From Candidatus Woesearchaeota archaeon (lineage in GTDB: Archaea; Nanobdellota; Nanobdellia; Pacearchaeales; GW2011-AR1), in NCBI GenBank assembly GCA_964401065.1, contig CAYNWY010000002.1, forward strand, positions 1-25,993: 25,993 nucleotides of DNA, in the 5' to 3' direction. This document shows, in pieces, positions 1 to 7,459 of this stretch (positions are counted from its first letter, which is position 1; every line of letters starts with the position of its first letter). The notes under the pieces were generated by a model. The model ran no database searches. It saw only the letters and a program-made list of their open reading frames with translations, and had not been told where the DNA came from. The position numbers and the translations under genes were made by a program.

Positions 1-117
1 TTGATATTTGTATTAAAAAGGGGCGTAATTAGTCCGGAACTTACCTAATCACCAATTTTAATACTAAAATTGACTAATCATAATAACCTAACTGTTACAG
101 ATAACGATCTTCTCTAA

Positions 118-132
118 GGGAGGGTGGGAGGG
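118..132 (+). other. Canonical G-quadruplex-forming motif GGGAGGGTGGGAGGG
   Basis: Four G3 tracts separated by single-nt loops in an otherwise AT-rich gap, 26 nt past the aspS stop. Confidence 0.6.
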
Positions 133-158
133 AATAAATAAGAATAATCAAAATTATC

Positions 159-1433
159 TTAAGGTGTTAGTCTAGTTCTATCTCTTGGAAACATTGTTGC
201 TTCCTTGACATTATCCAATCCGCAGATAATTTGAGTTATTCTCTCCAAACCAATTGACCATCCAGAATGAGGGGGTGCACCATATCTAAAACTATCTATG
301 TAAGAAGTAAAATTTTTTGGATTCAATCCCTTATTCTTTAGTCTTTCAATTAATAATTCTGGTATATGGATTCTCTGCCCACCAGAAGAAATTTCAAGTC
401 CTCCGTAAAGTGCATCAAACCCTTCACTTAATTTTGCGTCTTTCTTCTCATCTTTAGTCATAATATAAAAGGGTTTTATAGAAGAAGGCCATGAATAAGT
501 AAAGACTAAATCTCCAGGATAAAGGTTGCAAAGTTCTCTTTCTTGTTCTGGAGTAAAATCCTCTCCGAATTTTCCTTTTACTTTTTTAATTGCTTCTTCA
601 TAACTCAAATAAACTCCCTTAGGAATTTTCAAATTTTTTACTCCAAGACTTTCTAATTCAGTTTTGCATTTTTCTAAAACTTGTTTAATAATAAATTTCA
701 CAACTTCTTCAAGTTCTTTCATTATAGACATCTGATTTGTAAAAGCACATTCAATATCCATCTGCCTAATTTCATTAATATGACGAGTAGTATTGTGCTT
801 TTCAGCTCTCCAAACAGGAGTTATAGTAAAAGTCTTTTCAAGAGAACAAGCCAAAATTTGCTTGTATAGTTGAGGAGATTGTGCCAAATATGCTTTCTGC
901 TCAAAATATTTAACCTCAAATAATTCTGTTCCTCCTTCTGAAGCTGCACCAATTATGCATGGGGGCTGGATTTCAATATATCCTTTATTGTAAAAATATT
1001 CTCTAAAGGCATTTGCAATTACTGTCTGTATTTCAAAAATTGCTTGAATTTTTGGCTTTCTTATGTCCAAAAATCTGTTATCTAATCTTGTTGAAAATTC
1101 AGTTGTAGTTGTTTTTTCATTAACATGAATGGGTAATTTCTCTGCCTTACTTATTATCTCAAGCTTCTCAACATCTACTTCAAGTTCTTTTCTGGCAAAC
1201 TCTGCCTTGACATTAGCAGATTTTGATTTTCCATTTATCTCAACAGCACTCTCAAGAGTCAATTCAGAAAGTTTCTTCATCAATTTCTCACCCTGAACAA
1301 CACATTGAACTATTCCAGATTTATCCCTCAATAACATGAAACCCAATTTAGCAAGAGTTCTTATTTCATATACCCAACCCTTGAGCAAAACCTCTTTGCC
1401 CATTTTTATATCTTCAATCATAGCTCTTTCCAT
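159..1433 (-). CDS. aspS: Aspartyl-tRNA synthetase, archaeal type
   Basis: N-terminal OB fold (GWVYEIR...FMLLRDKSG), class II motifs (YLAQSPQLYKQ, WRAEKHNTTRHINE, GLEISSGGQRIH, APPHSGWSIGLERI) and C-terminal FPRDRTRLTP. Start moved from 1454 to the ATG at 1433 (MERAMI). Confidence 0.95.
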   Translation of the reverse strand: MERAMIEDIKMGKEVLLKGWVYEIRTLAKLGFMLLRDKSGIVQCVVQGEKLMKKLSELTLESAVEINGKSKSANVKAEFARKELEVDVEKLEIISKAEKLPIHVNEKTTTTEFSTRLDNRFLDIRKPKIQAIFEIQTVIANAFREYFYNKGYIEIQPPCIIGAASEGGTELFEVKYFEQKAYLAQSPQLYKQILACSLEKTFTITPVWRAEKHNTTRHINEIRQMDIECAFTNQMSIMKELEEVVKFIIKQVLEKCKTELESLGVKNLKIPKGVYLSYEEAIKKVKGKFGEDFTPEQERELCNLYPGDLVFTYSWPSSIKPFYIMTKDEKKDAKLSEGFDALYGGLEISSGGQRIHIPELLIERLKNKGLNPKNFTSYIDSFRYGAPPHSGWSIGLERITQIICGLDNVKEATMFPRDRTRLTP

Positions 1434-1467
1434 TAAAGTTAAAGAAAAATACAATTTATTAATATTG

Positions 1468-2913
1468 TTATTTCAGCAATTTATCAATTATTTCCATAGC
1501 TTCTTTTCCACTTATTTTGCCTTTCATCTCTGCCATTACCAATCCCATATAAGCATTTGCATTCAATCCAGGTTTGCTCTTTATTAGCTTCAAAATCTTC
1601 TCTTCAATCTCAGAATTATCTGCTTTTTCAACATTAAGTATCTCCTCAAAATTCTCTCCATTAACTAATTTTATCATTATCTCCTTAACTTCTCCCTCTG
1701 TTATCTTTTTCTTTTTAATTTTAATTAAGACATCATCATAATATTCCTGCAAAATATTCTCGACTTCTTCTAATTTTTTTCCTGTCTTAGACGCAATTTC
1801 TTTTGGAAATAAAAGAATCATCTTTGCAATAAAATTAAGATTATTATAAATTTCAGAAAGAATCTTAATTTCATCAACTCTATTTTCACTTAAAACCAAT
1901 TTTATCATTTCCTCAGATAATCCCTGAGATTTTAATTCTCCTGCAACTTCTGTTCTCAATTTAGGCAATTCTTTCTTTATTTCATTAACAAATTCTCTAG
2001 ATATTTTCAGTAAAGGTAAATCAGTTTCAGGGTACATTCTATCTGCTCCCGGCATTGGTCTTAAAAATTCAGAGGTGCCATCAGACAAAGAATTTCTAAC
2101 CTCGGCTTGTGTTGACATTTTCTTATCATATAATTCTTTCTGCCTTAATACTTCGTTTTCAATTGTCTTGACAAATGTTTTCATATCCTGAACTCCTTTC
2201 ATCTCAACTCTATTTCCATTCAAGATAGAGATATTAACATCCTGCCTTATTGTTCCAATTCCTCTCTTAACTTTGCAACTCCTTAAAACATCTCCAATAT
2301 ACAAAGCAACTTCTTTTGCTTGTTCTGCAGATTTTATATCGGGTGCGGTTGCAATTTCAACTAAGGGTATTCCTAATCTATCTAAATTCCAATAAACTTT
2401 ATTTCCCTCTTTTTTAACTTCTCTTGCAGCATCTTCTTCCAAGCAGATTGTATCTATTCCTACTCTTCCAAGAGCAGTTTCAATATATCCATCTCTCGCA
2501 ATTAATACTGTTCTTTGAAACCCAGAAGTATTGCTTCCATTAATAACTGTTTTTCTCATGATTTGGGTTGTTGAAATAATCTTACAATTCAAAAGCAGAG
2601 AGATTTGAAGGACTATTTTCAATGCCTCTTGATTTATCTCATGAGGAGGTTCTTCATCAAGTTCAACTAGACAAGTATTACTTTTATAACCTTGATAAAC
2701 AAATTCTTTTTTTAGATTTGCCTGATATTGTGCTGCTGTGTCCACTTCCCCTGATTCTCCTGCAACTGCATGGAGTTTTCTTTCAACCAAAAAGTCAGGC
2801 TCATCGTTTCTTAATATAGAAGGACAATTGCAAAATAGTTTATGACTATCTAACTGCTGATGAATTTCTAATCCTGATTTAAACTTTAATTCAGTATAAT
2901 TAACATTTAGCAT
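1468..2913 (-). CDS. gatE: Glu-tRNA(Gln) amidotransferase subunit E, short form lacking the insertion domain
   Basis: GLEIHQQL, KLFCNCPS, CLVELDEEPPH, GSNTSGFQRT, LDRLGIPLVEIAT, GIGTIRQDVNISI, RMYPETD. 481 aa versus about 620 aa for typical GatE. Confidence 0.95.
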   Translation of the reverse strand: MLNVNYTELKFKSGLEIHQQLDSHKLFCNCPSILRNDEPDFLVERKLHAVAGESGEVDTAAQYQANLKKEFVYQGYKSNTCLVELDEEPPHEINQEALKIVLQISLLLNCKIISTTQIMRKTVINGSNTSGFQRTVLIARDGYIETALGRVGIDTICLEEDAAREVKKEGNKVYWNLDRLGIPLVEIATAPDIKSAEQAKEVALYIGDVLRSCKVKRGIGTIRQDVNISILNGNRVEMKGVQDMKTFVKTIENEVLRQKELYDKKMSTQAEVRNSLSDGTSEFLRPMPGADRMYPETDLPLLKISREFVNEIKKELPKLRTEVAGELKSQGLSEEMIKLVLSENRVDEIKILSEIYNNLNFIAKMILLFPKEIASKTGKKLEEVENILQEYYDDVLIKIKKKKITEGEVKEIMIKLVNGENFEEILNVEKADNSEIEEKILKLIKSKPGLNANAYMGLVMAEMKGKISGKEAMEIIDKLLK

Positions 2914-2944
2914 AAAAACAACAAGAAAAAAGGATTATTAAATT

Positions 2945-3211
2945 TTAGCATAAACTTTCCAAGTCTTTTTTAAACTGTAAATTTACCCTTGTATTTTTAA
3001 AATTATTTAACAAAAGCTCTTTTATAGAATTATCAAGATCTCTCTCACTATAAATTGTAATCAGCCTGTGCATAGGCAAAATTTCTTTTAACTTCTTTAT
3101 CAGTCCTTCTGGATTTATTTTCCCCAGAAATTCTCTCTGAGAATCAAAGCAACCATAATCTAAATAGTAATCTTTTGTTAGTACATTATAAGATAAAAAA
3201 TATCTTTTCAT
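2945..3211 (-). CDS. Hypothetical protein (88 aa)
   Basis: ORF starts 1 nt after the stop of the upstream minus-strand ORF and has typical codon usage; no recognisable motif. Confidence 0.6.
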   Translation of the reverse strand: MKRYFLSYNVLTKDYYLDYGCFDSQREFLGKINPEGLIKKLKEILPMHRLITIYSERDLDNSIKELLLNNFKNTRVNLQFKKDLESLC

Positions 3212-3212
3212 T

Positions 3213-3611
3213 TTAAATTAAAAAACTCTCTAATTTACTTGGTATTTTATATATTGGACGAAGCTCAGTATGTTTAAACAAATAACTATTTAATTCATCT
3301 AATGAATCTTTAATCAAAAGGCCATTGTTTCCGCTTCTATGAACAACCATTAAAGGCAATTCATCAAGAATAACACCTATATGAAAAGGAACTCCATCCA
3401 ATCCCCAATAAACAATATATCCTTTTTCAGGAGAAAAATCTCGTTTAAGATTAGAGAGAATCTCTTTAGACTTGCTTTTATTTATAACTCCATCCTCTTC
3501 CAATTCTCCAACAATATAAAGAGCAGTCCCGGCACAATTAGAATTTCTTCTATTTGTTTTAGAAATTCTATCTTTAATAAATTCACAAAAATCTTTATTA
3601 GCTTTTTCCAT
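3213..3611 (-). CDS. Hypothetical protein with NlpC/P60-like (papain-fold) Cys-His-His pattern
   Basis: NCAGTALY ... GYIVYW ... FHIGVILD ... MVVHRS parallels the NlpC/P60 pattern DCSG / GDLVFF / HVGIY / IHA. The ORF is well supported; the fold call is an inference. Confidence 0.55.
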   Translation of the reverse strand: MEKANKDFCEFIKDRISKTNRRNSNCAGTALYIVGELEEDGVINKSKSKEILSNLKRDFSPEKGYIVYWGLDGVPFHIGVILDELPLMVVHRSGNNGLLIKDSLDELNSYLFKHTELRPIYKIPSKLESFLI

Positions 3612-3717
3612 GATTTCTTAAATCTTTCAATTTATTTAAACCCTTCTATTTGCTACCATTAATAAGTTACAACTAATAAATAATTAAACTTATAACTTAA
3701 TCCAGATTAAATAAACT

Positions 3718-4122
3718 ATGAAAAAGAAAGAGGATATTCAGGAAAAAATTCATGCAATTACTCATCCAAATATCTTTCCAACAACATTTGGGCAAAGAGC
3801 AGCAGATAAATTAACAAGATTAGCAGGTAGTTGGACATTTATAATTTTATTTTTAATAATATTAATTTTGTGGATATTAATAAACGTCTATGCTTGGATT
3901 AAAACTTGGGATCCCTATCCATTTATTTTATTAAACTTAATTTTATCATCTGTTGCAGCGATTCAAGCTCCAATAATACTTATGTCTCAAAACAGAGAAG
4001 CTCAGAAAGATAGGCAAAGGGCACAATATGATTATTCAGTAAATAGAAAAGCAGAGAAAGAAATTGAACAAATTCAGAGGCAACTTGAAAGAATTGAAAA
4101 AAAATTAACCAAAAGAAGATAA
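3718..4122 (+). CDS. DUF1003-family membrane protein
   Basis: GQRAADK..GSWTFI, WDPYPFILLNL.LS..AAIQAPIILMSQNR are DUF1003 signatures. Confidence 0.9.
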   Translation: MKKKEDIQEKIHAITHPNIFPTTFGQRAADKLTRLAGSWTFIILFLIILILWILINVYAWIKTWDPYPFILLNLILSSVAAIQAPIILMSQNREAQKDRQRAQYDYSVNRKAEKEIEQIQRQLERIEKKLTKRR

Positions 4123-4130
4123 CAACAAAA

Positions 4131-4619
4131 TTAAAATAATTTCCCCTGTTTCTCGAATTTTTTGAGACCCAATTTATCAGTCAATTTTTTAATAAATTCA
4201 AACTGGGCAGGATTTATTTTTTCTTCCGCTTTTTTAATATCAAAAAATTCCCCTTTATCAACCTCTGGAAACTCAATAATTTCCTCTCCAAAATTCATTT
4301 TAACAAAACTTTTGCAGTTAATTTTTCCCATAAAATCACCCTCAAATGCCCAACAATGAACAATTTTCCCGGATTTTTGTCTTACTTCTCCCAGATAAAT
4401 AGAACCTCCTTCTGAAATATCTGTTTTGATTCCTGTCTCCTCTATAAATTCTTTTTTTGCAACATCAAATAGATTCTTGTTATCCTCTATTTCCCCCTTT
4501 GGAATACTCCATGCCCCTTTGTCTTTACTTTTCCAAAAAGGTCCTCCTGGATGAACCAAAAAAACCAATATTTTCATCCCAAGAATTTTATACATTAAGA
4601 GCCCAGCACTTACTTTCAT
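4131..4619 (-). CDS. NUDIX hydrolase (predicted NTP pyrophosphohydrolase, HPGGP type)
   Basis: SAGLLMY, LVHPGGPFW, WSIPKGE...EFIEETG (slightly degenerate Nudix box), FPEVD. Confidence 0.9.
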   Translation of the reverse strand: MKVSAGLLMYKILGMKILVFLVHPGGPFWKSKDKGAWSIPKGEIEDNKNLFDVAKKEFIEETGIKTDISEGGSIYLGEVRQKSGKIVHCWAFEGDFMGKINCKSFVKMNFGEEIIEFPEVDKGEFFDIKKAEEKINPAQFEFIKKLTDKLGLKKFEKQGKLF

Positions 4620-4657
4620 AGAATAAATAATTCAAATGTTTTTAAAAAACCTGTCAT

Positions 4658-5047
4658 TTAAACAATTCTTACAATATTTCCATCTTTATCTAACTCAATA
4701 AAATGATTAACTATCCCATTAGAATAATCTTCACACTGATTTTCAGGTTTATTATCTTCAGATTCCCTTAGAACATGAACAATATCAACAGCATAATCAC
4801 CACAAACACCTAAACATTGTGAATTGATCTCTCCTGTAAAACTATTAAATTTACCAAGAGCACAACTAATTGCTTCTTGTTGCTCCAAAACTTGCTCTGG
4901 AGTATTGGAAGGATTCCCATGCTTAATCCAAACCCCCTGAGAATCTTTTATCCAATCATCTTCACTTCCACCAATAAAAAATCTGATAAAAATCCAGCCA
5001 AATATCAATAGAAAGATAATTCCAATAATCAAATAAATTTTTTTCAT
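4658..5047 (-). CDS. Membrane-anchored/secreted hypothetical protein
   Basis: N-terminal hydrophobic helix, then EDDWIKDSQGVWIKHGNPS and four Cys (CALG, CLGVC, QCEDY). Confidence 0.75.
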   Translation of the reverse strand: MKKIYLIIGIIFLLIFGWIFIRFFIGGSEDDWIKDSQGVWIKHGNPSNTPEQVLEQQEAISCALGKFNSFTGEINSQCLGVCGDYAVDIVHVLRESEDNKPENQCEDYSNGIVNHFIELDKDGNIVRIV

Positions 5048-5048
5048 T

Positions 5049-6323
5049 TTATTCTTCTAACCGTTTATTAAATTCACCTGCAATATTCTCAAGCATTTTC
5101 TCTTTAATCTTTTCCTTTGATTTTGCCCATTCACTATGTCCAAGAACCCAACCAAGCTTTACTAAAGCTGTTTCACTTAGCATATCTTCTAAATAAATAA
5201 CTCCTGCCTCAATTAATTTTCTTCCTGTAGAATAAACCAACCCATCAACCCTTCCATTAATGCATTGGGAAGTTCCGCAAAAAATCATTCCTTTTTCTGA
5301 AAGTTCTTTAATTTTTTTAATCCAGTTAGATGAAGTATGCCCCAAGCCACTTAATTCCAAAACAATTCCTTTGTATTTATTCTTGAAATAATAATCTAAA
5401 ATTTCAGGTGACTGCCCTGGATAAAATTTAATTAGAGCGACTTTTTCTTCAAATTTTGTATTAATTCTAATCTTTTTTCCATTGTTTCTTTTGTTAAAAA
5501 CATCAAGTATTTCTATGCCTTTTTCAGGAAAGACTTTTGCAATAGGCTTTCCATTAATAACCTTGAATGCATCTCTCCTGGAACTATGCATTTTTCTAAT
5601 CTTCACGCCCGGCATTGCATAACAAAAATTATCCTCGGAGTTTGCATGCCCAACTAATACAACTTCTGCAATATCGCTCAATCCAGCAACTTCAGCAGCA
5701 CACTGCAAATTTAAATTTGCATCTGAACTGGCCCTGTCAATGCTTCTCTGAGAATATGTAAGGACAACTGGCTTGTTCAATTTCCCAAGCATGAAACTCA
5801 AAGCACTAGAAGTATAATGTAAGAAATCAGTTCCATGAGTAATTACAACTCCCTGTATATTTGAATCATTCAACAATTTCTCACATGTTTTTGCAATCCT
5901 TTGCCAATCTTTAAAATTCATTTCTTCTGAAAATTTCATAAAAGGAGTTTCTATCTTTAAGATATTAACTTTTTCAAACAACTCAGGGTAAAATTTAAAC
6001 AGACTTTCTGGACTATCTAAGGGGTGAACTCCTCCTGTTTTGGGATTATATCGCGAGGCAATTGTCCCGCCAGTTATAATCATAGCTATGTTTGGTTTTA
6101 ATGAATCTTTCTTAATCTCAAATTTACTTTCCTTTTCACTGAATTTTTTCAATATCTCAACCTTCACAATTTCTTTCTTATTAAAACCAACATTATATCC
6201 GTTGCTTAATTTCAATAGAATAATCCCTTTTTCAGATTCAGGACTCTCAAGAAGAACTCCTTCATAGATTAATTTTCCAAAATGAACTTCAACAAAATCT
6301 CCGGGTTTAGCATGAATTTCCAT
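5049..6323 (-). CDS. gatD: Glu-tRNA(Gln) amidotransferase subunit D
   Basis: N-terminal SH3-like domain (LKLSNGYNVG) plus asparaginase domain: TGGTIASR, HGTD, SQRSIDR, KMHSSRRDAF, GLGH, ETALVKLGW. Confidence 0.95.
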   Translation of the reverse strand: MEIHAKPGDFVEVHFGKLIYEGVLLESPESEKGIILLKLSNGYNVGFNKKEIVKVEILKKFSEKESKFEIKKDSLKPNIAMIITGGTIASRYNPKTGGVHPLDSPESLFKFYPELFEKVNILKIETPFMKFSEEMNFKDWQRIAKTCEKLLNDSNIQGVVITHGTDFLHYTSSALSFMLGKLNKPVVLTYSQRSIDRASSDANLNLQCAAEVAGLSDIAEVVLVGHANSEDNFCYAMPGVKIRKMHSSRRDAFKVINGKPIAKVFPEKGIEILDVFNKRNNGKKIRINTKFEEKVALIKFYPGQSPEILDYYFKNKYKGIVLELSGLGHTSSNWIKKIKELSEKGMIFCGTSQCINGRVDGLVYSTGRKLIEAGVIYLEDMLSETALVKLGWVLGHSEWAKSKEKIKEKMLENIAGEFNKRLEE

Positions 6324-6375
6324 GTTAAGAACAAAAGAATCAACAATTAAAAACTTAATGATATTTAATAAATGA

Positions 6376-6447
6376 TGAGCCTGCCAGGAATCGAACCTAG
6401 ATAAAGCGGGCCGAAACCGCTTATGTTATCCTTTACATCACAGGCCC
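6376..6447 (-). tRNA. tRNA-Arg(TCG), intronless, CCA not encoded
   Basis: Folds by hand: acceptor GGGCCTG/CAGGCTC, D-stem ATGT/ACAT with loop AAAGGATA (A20 Arg identity element), anticodon stem AGCGG/CCGCT with loop TT-TCG-GC, variable TTAT, T-arm CTAGG-TTCGATT-CCTGG, discriminator A. Confidence 0.92.
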
Positions 6448-7188
6448 AATACTATAAGGGTCTAATTTATCATTTAAAATATCTTCTCTTTGACTTAAAC
6501 TAATCTTAGTTGGACAAAAACCAAATTTCCTCCAAACTAAATACCTTGTAAGTTTAACGGGATTTTTCATTCCAATAAGATTCATCCACTTATCAAAACC
6601 ATCAATTCCACTAATTGTTATAATATAATTTCTATTTTCATTAGATTTCTTAGAATCTCTAGAATGATAATTAAAAAGAATATCCAACTCATGAAGTATT
6701 TTAATAACTCCTTCAGCTAAATCTCTAGAAATCGTAACTATTTTTATAGTTGGATAATTATTATAATGCTTATTAAATTTATTAATCCCTTCATAAGACT
6801 TCCTAAATGACAAATTTCCATCTGTATCAAATAATCCTCTTAAAAAGGCTCCATAAATTTTGAAATCTCTGCTTTTTAATATAGATTCAGGAATTTTAAC
6901 AGATTTTGACTTTTTTCCAGTAGGAAAACTCAAACTAATCAGAGCATCCCTAATCTCTTGTTTATAGCTAACAAACCCATAAGACCCTCTAGAAAATAGT
7001 TTTCCCTTGATATCTAAATCAAATACTTGATTAAATAAAGGAATAACATGTGTATCATAATAACCTTTTTCTTCAACGTCTCCACTAATATCTACTTCTC
7101 CCTTATTTCTTTCTCTCAATCTCATGTAACCATCACCAGCATGAATTCCACAAATTTCAGCCAACTCAGGAGTTATCTCTATCATCAT
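6433..7188 (-). CDS. Free-standing double-motif LAGLIDADG (DOD-type) homing endonuclease-like protein
   Basis: Motif 1 AEICGIHAGDG and motif 2 FLRGLFDTDG, both with the acidic catalytic residue. No intein splicing motifs and no flanking intron. The last 15 nt overlap the tRNA. Confidence 0.88.
   Translation of the reverse strand: MMIEITPELAEICGIHAGDGYMRLRERNKGEVDISGDVEEKGYYDTHVIPLFNQVFDLDIKGKLFSRGSYGFVSYKQEIRDALISLSFPTGKKSKSVKIPESILKSRDFKIYGAFLRGLFDTDGNLSFRKSYEGINKFNKHYNNYPTIKIVTISRDLAEGVIKILHELDILFNYHSRDSKKSNENRNYIITISGIDGFDKWMNLIGMKNPVKLTRYLVWRKFGFCPTKISLSQREDILNDKLDPYSIGPVM
6472..6490 (-). promoter_or_regulatory. Putative BRE/TATA promoter for the tRNA, embedded in the LAGLIDADG coding sequence
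   Basis: Minus strand AAGAGAAGAT-A-TTTTAAAT, with the TATA-like octamer 25-32 nt upstream of the tRNA 5' end. Confidence 0.45.
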
Positions 7189-7189
7189 A

Positions 7190-7249
7190 TTTGTAATACA
7201 TATAAGTTTATAAACTTTATTATAAAATAGTATATATTTGTATTACAAA
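7190..7249. promoter_or_regulatory. Divergent promoter region with 11-bp perfect inverted repeat (operator candidate)
   Basis: TTTGTAATACA (7190-7200) and TGTATTACAAA (7239-7249) flank a 12-bp palindrome AGTTTATAAACT (7205-7216) that contains a TATA box. A second TTTATAAA at 7254-7261 precedes the small plus-strand ORF. Confidence 0.65.
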
Positions 7250-7282
7250 AATATTTATAAAGTTTGGAAGACTGAAAAAACT

Positions 7283-7408
7283 ATGACTGGAAAAAACAAG
7301 AAGAAAAATTATCCATATATTTATTTAATTAGAGTTGACAAAGAATTAAAAGAAAAGTTAAAGAAAGCAGGAAGTGGAAGAGTTAGAGAACATCTTAAAA
7401 GAATATAA
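7283..7408 (+). CDS. 41-aa basic protein, ribbon-helix-helix-like (not in the ORF track)
   Basis: Hand translation MTGKNKKKNYPYIYLIRVDKELKEKLKKAGSGRVREHLKRI*. Alternating beta strand followed by two short helices; TATA box 22-29 nt upstream of the ATG. Confidence 0.6.
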   Translation: MTGKNKKKNYPYIYLIRVDKELKEKLKKAGSGRVREHLKRI

Positions 7409-7459
7409 TTCCAACACTTAATTGAATAATTTTAAATACACTCTTTACTCTATTTAATA

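Noticed and set aside
4-15. 12-mer ATATTTGTATTA identical to 7234-7245, overlapping the operator box
   Set aside because: Almost all A/T and it breaks within the TGTATTACA core; compatible with chance.
1-158. Replication origin (ORB elements) suggested by G-strings and TCCGGAAC
   Set aside because: No match to the TCCAGTGGAAAC-type ORB consensus, no repeated boxes and no orc1/cdc6 in the window.
4131-4619. NUDIX inactivation (Nudix box G-x5-K-x7-KE instead of G-x5-E-x7-RE)
   Set aside because: The metal-binding EE-x-G core is intact; this level of variation is common.
6376-6447. Reading the tRNA as tRNA-Gln or tRNA-Glu because it precedes gatD, has a Gln/Glu-like D-arm and contains TTC in the loop
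   Set aside because: The 5-bp stem centres the anticodon on TCG; G1-C72 rather than the archaeal Gln A1-U72, and A20, fit Arg.
6433-7188. LAGLIDADG ORF as an intein or tRNA/group I intron-encoded protein
   Set aside because: No Cys/Ser start or His-Asn end, no host extein, the tRNA is uninterrupted and no bulge-helix-bulge junction is visible.
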